NCBI GenBank assembly: GCA_964433215.1
Contig: CAYSQI010000002.1
Location: 66,496-130,495, forward strand
DNA from: an uncultured Bacteroides sp.
Lineage (GTDB): Bacteria > Bacteroidota > Bacteroidia > Bacteroidales > Muribaculaceae
Reading direction: 5' to 3'
Length of the DNA stretch: 64,000 nucleotides
Below the pieces are notes generated by a model. It was not told the origin of the DNA, made no database searches, and worked only from the letters and a program-made list of their open reading frames with translations. Made by a program: the position numbers and the translations under genes. This document shows, in pieces, positions 57,664-64,000 of the stretch; the first letter of the stretch is position 1; each line of letters begins with the position of its first letter.

Positions 57664-59757
57664 ATGGCTAAGAAAACATCCGACGAGAGCCCGCGCAAAC
57701 GTGCGTCGCGCCGCCCGAAAGTTTTACCGATAATCAAGAATGATCCATGGCTTGAGCCGTATGCAGCCGCTATTACCGGCCGCCATGACGAGGCTTTGGC
57801 AGTCGAAAAGCGCCTTACGAGCGCTGCCGGCAGCCTGAGCGACTTTGCCAACGCACATAAATATTTTGGTCTTCACCGCACGGCCGACGGTGGCTGGGTG
57901 TTCCGCGAATGGGCACCAAATGCTACGTCGATTACATTGGTGGGTGACTTCTCTGACTGGAAAGTTGATAAAAAATACGAACTTACACGCCTCGAAGGTG
58001 GCGTATGGGAAGGCGTATTCGACGCCGATGCGCTCAGCCACGGCCAGCTTTTCAAGATGCTGGTGAAGTGGCCCGGCGGCGAGGGCGAACGCATCCCGGC
58101 CTATGCTACACGCGTGGTGCAAGATGAAGTGACTCATATCTTCTCGGCCCAAGTGTGGTCGCCGGCTAAGGCCTACAAATGGAAGGTGAAGGATTTTCAC
58201 CCCGACACGCGTCCGCTGCTTATCTACGAATGCCACATCGGCATGGCTCAGGAGCGCGAGGGCGTCGGTTCGTACGACGAATTCCGCGAAAAGGTGCTGC
58301 CGCGCATCGCTCGCGACGGGTACAATGCCATCCAAATTATGGCAATCCAGGAGCATCCCTACTATGGCTCGTTCGGCTACCATGTGTCGAATTTCTTTGC
58401 TGCTTCGAGTCGCTTCGGTACCCCCGAGGAGCTCAAACGCCTCATCGACGCTGCCCACGCCGAGGGTATCGCAGTCATCATGGATATCGTGCACTCGCAC
58501 GCCGTGAAGAACGAGAACGAGGGACTCGGTCGCCTCGACGGCTCCTACGACCTCTACTTCTACGGCGACTCGCGACGCGAACATCCGGCGTGGGACTCGC
58601 TTTGCTTCGACTATGGCAAGGACGAGGTGATGCACTTCCTGCTTTCGAATTGCAAATATTGGCTTGAGGAATACCGCTTCGACGGCTTCCGCTTCGATGG
58701 CGTCACCTCGATGCTCTATTATAATCATGGCCTAGGACAGGCGTTCGGCGGATACGGCGACTACTACAATGGTGGTCAAGATACAAACGCCATCACCTAT
58801 CTGACGCTGGCCAACAAGCTCATCCACGAAGTCGCTCCCGAGGCTATTACCATTGCCGAGGAGATGAGTGGTATGCCTGGCTTAGCAATGCCGGTAGCCG
58901 ATGGCGGCATGGGCTTTGACTATCGCATGGCTATGGGTATCCCTGACTATTGGATTAAGACTCTGAAAGAAAAGAAGGACGAAGATTGGCATCCGACTTC
59001 GATTTTCTGGGAGTTGACCAATCGTCGCGCCGACGAGAAGACTATCTCGTACGTCGAAAGCCACGACCAAGCCCTCGTAGGCGACAAGACGGTGATATTC
59101 CGCCTCATAGATGCTGCGATGTACTGGCACATGATGGATGGCGACAACGACATGACCGTGGCTCGCGGCATGGCTCTCCACAAGATGATTCGCCTCGTCA
59201 CACTTGCTTCAATCAATGGTGGCTACCTCAACTTTATGGGCAATGAATTCGGCCATCCCGAGTGGATTGACTTCCCTCGCGAAGGCAACGGCTGGAGCTA
59301 TAAGTATGCCCGTCGTCAGTGGGACCTTGTCGACCGCGAGGATCTTAAGTATAAGTATCTCAATGCGTTCGATAACGCAATGATTGAACTCGTGTCGAGC
59401 GTTCACAACTTCCAGTCGAAGCCTATCCGCAAGCTGTGGGAGAAGGACGACGACCAAGTGTTGGCCTTCATGCGTGGCGACCTTGTGTTTGTCTTCAACT
59501 TCAGCCCTTCGAAGTCGTACGACGGCTATGGCATTCTTGCACCCGGCGGCGTTTACGATGTAGTGCTGACGACCGACAATCCCGAATTCGGAGGTTACGG
59601 CAATATCGACGAGCATGTAGAGCACTTTACTCGCCCCGACGAACTGTATGCGCCGGCCGGCGTCGAGTGGTTGCCGCTCTATCTGCCCGCTCGCTCGGCA
59701 ATGGTGCTTCGTCGCCACTCGCAGCGCCGCTCATCGACTCGCAAAAAAGCTAAGTAA
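57664..59757 (+). CDS. glgB: 1,4-alpha-glucan branching enzyme (GH13)
   Basis: REWAPNA, IYECHIGM, HPYYGSFGY, FDGFRFDGVTSM, IAEEMSG, YVESHDQ, NFMGNEFGHPEWIDFPR. Confidence 0.96.
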   Translation: MAKKTSDESPRKRASRRPKVLPIIKNDPWLEPYAAAITGRHDEALAVEKRLTSAAGSLSDFANAHKYFGLHRTADGGWVFREWAPNATSITLVGDFSDWKVDKKYELTRLEGGVWEGVFDADALSHGQLFKMLVKWPGGEGERIPAYATRVVQDEVTHIFSAQVWSPAKAYKWKVKDFHPDTRPLLIYECHIGMAQEREGVGSYDEFREKVLPRIARDGYNAIQIMAIQEHPYYGSFGYHVSNFFAASSRFGTPEELKRLIDAAHAEGIAVIMDIVHSHAVKNENEGLGRLDGSYDLYFYGDSRREHPAWDSLCFDYGKDEVMHFLLSNCKYWLEEYRFDGFRFDGVTSMLYYNHGLGQAFGGYGDYYNGGQDTNAITYLTLANKLIHEVAPEAITIAEEMSGMPGLAMPVADGGMGFDYRMAMGIPDYWIKTLKEKKDEDWHPTSIFWELTNRRADEKTISYVESHDQALVGDKTVIFRLIDAAMYWHMMDGDNDMTVARGMALHKMIRLVTLASINGGYLNFMGNEFGHPEWIDFPREGNGWSYKYARRQWDLVDREDLKYKYLNAFDNAMIELVSSVHNFQSKPIRKLWEKDDDQVLAFMRGDLVFVFNFSPSKSYDGYGILAPGGVYDVVLTTDNPEFGGYGNIDEHVEHFTRPDELYAPAGVEWLPLYLPARSAMVLRRHSQRRSSTRKKAK

Positions 59758-60410
59758 TGAATCCGCTCCCCTTTTTGAACCAACTGGCGGTCAATAACGA
59801 CCGCCGGTGGTTTGCTGCACACCGCGACGAATACGAGCAGATGCGCCGCGGCTGGATTGCCGATGTCGATCGCTTCATCGCTGCCTGCACGCAGTGGGAG
59901 CCGGCCTATGGGCATCTGAGCGCTGTCGATTGCATTTATCGCATATATCGCGACACGCGCTTTTCGCCCGACAAGACGCCGTACAAGACTCACATGGGCG
60001 CTTATTTGTCGCCTCGCGGCCGACGAATCAACATGGCCGGGGTCTACATTCAGGCCGGTGGCGATATGAATGGCCTCTACTCGGGTCTATGGATGCCACA
60101 GAGCGACGAACTGCGCAAGTTGCGCCATGCTATCGTGGACAATATCGAGGAGTTTGAGGCTATTATCAACGAACCGACGTTCAAAAGCCGGTTTCCCGAG
60201 TGGTCGGGTCCGCAGTTGAAGACTATACCGAAAGGCTGGCCGCGCGAGCATCCGCAAGCACACTTGCTGCGCTTGCTCAGCTATGGCGTGCAACTTGAAG
60301 TCGATGATAGCTTTTGGGACGACCCGGCGTGGCCCGAGCGAGCCGCCGACCTCCTCGCTCCGACCAAGCCTCTTCTCGACTTCCTCAATTATTCCCTCTT
60401 TGAAGAGTAA
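59757..60410 (+). CDS. DUF2461-family protein
   Basis: NNDRRWF..HR..Y, RIYRDTRFSPDKTPYK, LKTIPKG. Confidence 0.9.
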   Translation: MNPLPFLNQLAVNNDRRWFAAHRDEYEQMRRGWIADVDRFIAACTQWEPAYGHLSAVDCIYRIYRDTRFSPDKTPYKTHMGAYLSPRGRRINMAGVYIQAGGDMNGLYSGLWMPQSDELRKLRHAIVDNIEEFEAIINEPTFKSRFPEWSGPQLKTIPKGWPREHPQAHLLRLLSYGVQLEVDDSFWDDPAWPERAADLLAPTKPLLDFLNYSLFEE

Positions 60411-60485
60411 AAATAGTCTCGGCGCTCTAAGAGGTAATCAAAAAATATGTGTAAAACCTTTGGTCGTATCAGATTATTTTAATAC

Positions 60486-60523
60486 TTTTGCATCGTTTTA
60501 GTGTGGATTAAAACGATGCAAAA
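60486..60523. promoter_or_regulatory. Perfect 15-bp inverted repeat overlapping the -7 promoter motif (operator candidate)
   Basis: TTTTGCATCGTTTTA-(8 nt)-TAAAACGATGCAAAA; TACTTTTG promoter motif at 60483-60490; ATG at 60533. Confidence 0.75.
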
Positions 60524-60532
60524 TCGATTAAA

Positions 60533-61495
60533 ATGAAGGACGTAGTCATATTAGGAAGGCCCATACAGCTGCAAGAACGAAGCAAGGTGCAGATGAAGGG
60601 TGTCGCCATCGGTGACGCGCTGACATACAAGTTTTATGATGGAGAGTTTCATGGTATACCCTTACTTTTCGCAGAACCGAAAGGCAAGGTGGCGACCCCA
60701 CTAAGTCTGTCTGTCACAGCCAATAACCTCGCTTCACTTTTCCAGCGTCCAATAGTATTCTTACTTCCAACTTGTCCTGCTTATGAACGACAAAGGCTTA
60801 TTGATAAGGATGTTTATTTCGTTGTCAATGACAAATACGTTCATTTGCCAATGCTTCTGGCCAACGAGCGCATACGTAAGAGCAAAAAGGCTAAGTCATT
60901 GACTCCCGTTGCCCAATACTTGTTGCTCTATCACTTGCAGATAGACAGCCTTGAAGGGCGCGCCGCTCGTGACATTGAGAACAAGGTGCCGTATTCATAC
61001 GCAAGTATTACGCTTGGAATTACTTGCCTTGAAGACCTGGGACTATGCCATAAAGTGGCAGATGGTTCCAAACGGAAAGTTATCCACTTCGACAAGAAGG
61101 GAAAGGATTTGTGGAAACAGGCACAACCGCTTCTTATCAATCCAGTAGAAGAGCGCCTTTTTTGCGATGAGTTGCAGTGTGAAGGGCATTTTCCAACATG
61201 TGGCATCAACGCCTTAGCACATTACACTATGCTAAATCCTGACCCGGAAAGGATTATAATGATGACGGCAAGACAGCTTCGTGACCTTCGTGCATCAGGT
61301 GTTTTAGTGCGCCCTAATGAATACGATGGCAACATCATCATTGAAGCTTGGAAATACCCATGCGTCACCTGCATGGGTGATAAGATCGAATGGGTTGATA
61401 GGCTATCATTGGCCATTTCACTCCGTGATGATGCAGACCCACGAGTGGAAGGAGAAGTAGAACGTTTGATAAATGATATACAATGGAAGGATTAG
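60533..61495 (+). CDS. Winged-HTH protein resembling AbiEi-type (type IV TA) antitoxin/regulators
   Basis: Central wHTH-like LTPVAQYLLLYHL...SYASIT..ITCLEDLGL; C-terminal CGINALAHYTML...VDRLSLAISLR.D.DPRV; stop overlaps the next gene. Confidence 0.62.
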   Translation: MKDVVILGRPIQLQERSKVQMKGVAIGDALTYKFYDGEFHGIPLLFAEPKGKVATPLSLSVTANNLASLFQRPIVFLLPTCPAYERQRLIDKDVYFVVNDKYVHLPMLLANERIRKSKKAKSLTPVAQYLLLYHLQIDSLEGRAARDIENKVPYSYASITLGITCLEDLGLCHKVADGSKRKVIHFDKKGKDLWKQAQPLLINPVEERLFCDELQCEGHFPTCGINALAHYTMLNPDPERIIMMTARQLRDLRASGVLVRPNEYDGNIIIEAWKYPCVTCMGDKIEWVDRLSLAISLRDDADPRVEGEVERLINDIQWKD

Positions 61496-62268
61496 AGCGA
61501 TTTCGTGAAGCTTTTGAAGATTATTCCGAGAACTACGTTATCATTGGCGGCACAGCATGTAGCATCGCTATGACCGGGACAACAGTACGCCCACGCGCCA
61601 CACACGACATCGACATGATTGTTATTGTCGAGAAGATGACTACTAATTTTACAGAACATTTCTGGCAATTTGTGCGAGAAGGCGGGTATCGTCCCGAAAA
61701 ACGCAAGCAATCAGAGGATGTGACTCCGAAGTACGAGTTGTACCGCTTTGTAAATGGTAAACCGGACTATCCGGAAATGATTGAATTGCTGTCGCGCCAT
61801 CCTGATATTCTTGGCATCCCCAAAGGTCTGACCATCGAGCCTCTACCTGTCGACGAGAATACGTCAAGTCTGAGTGCAATCATAATGGATGATGATTTCT
61901 ATCACTTTACCATCGACCATAGTAAAATGACTAACGGGCTTCGTCATGCTGACTCGGCAGCTCTTATCGCCCTAAAAACACGTGCCTACCTCAACCTCTT
62001 GCAAGACAAAGCTAACGGCAAGCGTGTCAACAGTAAAGATATCAAGAAACATCGTTCTGACGTACTAAAGAATGTGGTCATCATGGAAGACGTTAAGATT
62101 GCGGCTCCGGAGCCAATCGTATGCTGCATCAAAGAGTTTGTCGCCTCAATCAGGAACGACTGGGAAACGCTTTCTGAACCTCTTGCCAAGGCTCTTGACC
62201 AGGATCCTTCGTTCATCGAGGCTCTGCTTGAACAATTAGATGGATTATTTGCCATAGAACAGTCATGA
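61483..62268 (+). CDS. AbiEii-like nucleotidyltransferase
   Basis: YVIIGGTA...RATHDIDMIV (GG.A and D.D of the Pol-beta NTase fold), IALKTRAY, KKHRSDV. Confidence 0.78.
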   Translation: MEGLERFREAFEDYSENYVIIGGTACSIAMTGTTVRPRATHDIDMIVIVEKMTTNFTEHFWQFVREGGYRPEKRKQSEDVTPKYELYRFVNGKPDYPEMIELLSRHPDILGIPKGLTIEPLPVDENTSSLSAIIMDDDFYHFTIDHSKMTNGLRHADSAALIALKTRAYLNLLQDKANGKRVNSKDIKKHRSDVLKNVVIMEDVKIAAPEPIVCCIKEFVASIRNDWETLSEPLAKALDQDPSFIEALLEQLDGLFAIEQS

Positions 62269-63026
62269 AGATACAGTATGCGTCTGACCTCCATCTGGAG
62301 TTTGCCGACAACTGGCGATACCTGAAGGAGAATCCCCTGCAAGTGACAGGGAACATTCTCGTTCTGGCTGGCGACATCGGCTACTTGGGGGATGACAACT
62401 ATACCAAACATCCTTTCTGGGACTGGGCATCGGAGAACTACCAGCAGGTAATAGCCTGTATGGGCAATCATGAGTTCTACAAGTTCTACGACATCGCCAA
62501 ACTGAATGACGGCTATTGTCTTGAAATACGTTCCAATGTTCACAGCTATTACAACGCTGTGGTGCATATTGATGACGTTGATTTCATCATCACTACACTA
62601 TGGTCCATAATTCCTCTGAAAGACGCATACTATACGGAGCGAGTGGTAAGCGACTTTCGGCGCATCGTCTTCAATAGCGAAATGCTTACGTTTGCCGACT
62701 TCAACCGTGAACATGAAAAATGTCTGGCATTTCTGAAAAATGCTGTTTCAAGCAGCAAGGCCGCCAAAAAGATTGTCATAACCCATCATGTTCCATCCTT
62801 CCGAATGCAATGCCCGAAGTTTGCCGACAGCCAAGCCAACGGAGCCTTCATAGTGGAACTAGAAGACTTCATAGAGGACAGCGGCATCAACTATTGGATA
62901 TATGGCCACTCGCACTACAATGTGGATGTCGAGATAGGCAAAACCAAATGTGTGTCGAATCAGTTGGGATACGTCTTTCATAGAGAGCATGAATCATTCA
63001 ATCAAAGTAAACATATCGAAGTATAA
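62265..63026 (+). CDS. Calcineurin-like metallophosphoesterase
   Basis: SDLHLE, LAGDIG, GNHEFY, THHVP, GHSH; ATGA overlap with the NTase gene. Confidence 0.92.
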   Translation: MKIQYASDLHLEFADNWRYLKENPLQVTGNILVLAGDIGYLGDDNYTKHPFWDWASENYQQVIACMGNHEFYKFYDIAKLNDGYCLEIRSNVHSYYNAVVHIDDVDFIITTLWSIIPLKDAYYTERVVSDFRRIVFNSEMLTFADFNREHEKCLAFLKNAVSSSKAAKKIVITHHVPSFRMQCPKFADSQANGAFIVELEDFIEDSGINYWIYGHSHYNVDVEIGKTKCVSNQLGYVFHREHESFNQSKHIEV

Positions 63027-63129
63027 TCACTAATTCTATCGGGGCATATTTGTTGCTTAAGTTGGATTGTTCGAGCTATTCGCTTAAATTATAATAACTT
63101 TGCAGTGCAAACAGACGGATAAAAATTAA

Positions 63130-63156
63130 AGTGCCGAGACTTTTTGCCTCGGCACT
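63130..63156. terminator. Intrinsic terminator between the island and pyrC
   Basis: AGTGCCGAG-ACTTTTTGC-CTCGGCACT hairpin. Confidence 0.72.
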
Positions 63157-63190
63157 CTAAAATTTAGGTATATCTTTGGTATGTAATGCT

Positions 63191-64000
63191 TTAGCGGAAG
63201 CGTAGTGGTTCGGGTGCGAGGCCGCCGTTGACCCATGTGGCTACGACGCTGTGGCGCGTAGCGTAGCCGGCCAGGGGGGTCCAGCCGCATTTCGAGATTA
63301 CGTCGCTATCGGTGATGGTGTGCGGTTCGGCGAGACGCTCGACGAGTACCAGGTCGGCGTGGTAGCCGGACTCGAGGAGGCCTCGGCGGTCGATGCCGTA
63401 GAGTGCGGCCGGAGCGTCGGACATGCGCAGCGACACGGTCTGTGGGTCGTAGAGGTCGAGCATCACGGGCAGCGAGAACTGCACCAGCGGCGCACCGGAG
63501 GCGGCATGGAATATGTCGCCTTGCTTGTCGGAGAGAAGGTGGGGTGCGTGGTCGGTGGCTACGATGTCGAGTCGGCCGGTGGCGAGGCCTTTGCGCAGCG
63601 CGGCACGGTCGGCTGCGGTCTTGACAGCCGGATTCATCTTGATGCGTGAGCCCAGTCGGGCGTAGTCGTCGACGGTCCACAACAGGTGGTGGGGCGACAC
63701 TTCGGCTGTGTATTGCTTGCAAGCAGGCCAGTCGGCCGGGTCGAAGAGGCTACATTCGCTGGCGGTAGTGACGTGGGCCACGTGTAGGCGAGTGCCGTAG
63801 CTGGCAGCCAGTTCGAGGGCGCGTTCCGTAGCACGTACGCAGGCATCGGCCGAGCGTACAGCCGTGTGCAGGCGCATATCGTTGAGGTCGGCGTCGGCGG
63901 GTAGCGAGGCAGCGTTGGCGTCGATTATGTTCTGATCCTCAGCATGCACCACTATTCGCGCGCCTTGCTCGGCGAATACTGCGGCGAGCGGCTTTTCGTC
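63191..64000 (-). CDS. pyrC: Dihydroorotase, C-terminal part; runs off the window end
   Basis: VHAED, LHVAHVT, EVSPHHL, KMNPAVK, ATDHAPH, GYHADLVLV, KCGWTP; frame is open to base 64000. Confidence 0.9.
   Translation of the reverse strand, partial: DEKPLAAVFAEQGARIVVHAEDQNIIDANAASLPADADLNDMRLHTAVRSADACVRATERALELAASYGTRLHVAHVTTASECSLFDPADWPACKQYTAEVSPHHLLWTVDDYARLGSRIKMNPAVKTAADRAALRKGLATGRLDIVATDHAPHLLSDKQGDIFHAASGAPLVQFSLPVMLDLYDPQTVSLRMSDAPAALYGIDRRGLLESGYHADLVLVERLAEPHTITDSDVISKCGWTPLAGYATRHSVVATWVNGGLAPEPLRFR

Overview
A 64-kb chromosomal window from a GC-rich Bacteroidales bacterium (Muribaculaceae-like; inferred from gene content, TAnnTTTG -7 promoter motifs and protein C-termini). The backbone is housekeeping and envelope genes: pepD, an OmpH-like chaperone, OmpA, tkt, a sugar MFS transporter, yggS, a SusC/SusD/lipoprotein trio, an ArnT-like transferase, malic enzyme, a WcaJ-like transferase, rpoN, a small glycan locus, a glycine-lipid-like acyltransferase pair, trxA, pdxB, purD, an RlmL-like methylase, a secreted endonuclease I, tRNA-Cys, lpxB, tadA, rnz, ribH, glgB and pyrC. 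Several AT-richer inserts interrupt it. (i) Two AAA_14/DUF4143 ATPase genes each have their own 33-bp-period array (19-bp core + 14-bp spacer) at the promoter. (ii) An accretion islet at tRNA-Cys holds rhuM, an IS30 remnant, a duplicated promoter and a 3 x 83-bp structured tandem repeat. (iii) A PD-(D/E)XK nuclease gene sits inside a housekeeping operon. (iv) A translationally coupled AbiEi-like / nucleotidyltransferase / metallophosphoesterase trio has a perfect 15-bp operator-like inverted repeat. A SusR-like (DUF6377) regulator is flanked not by a PUL but by two short promoter-to-terminator AAGG-rich noncoding units. No CRISPR array, rRNA, integrase or intact transposase was seen. Family names come from motif recognition only; no database search was run.
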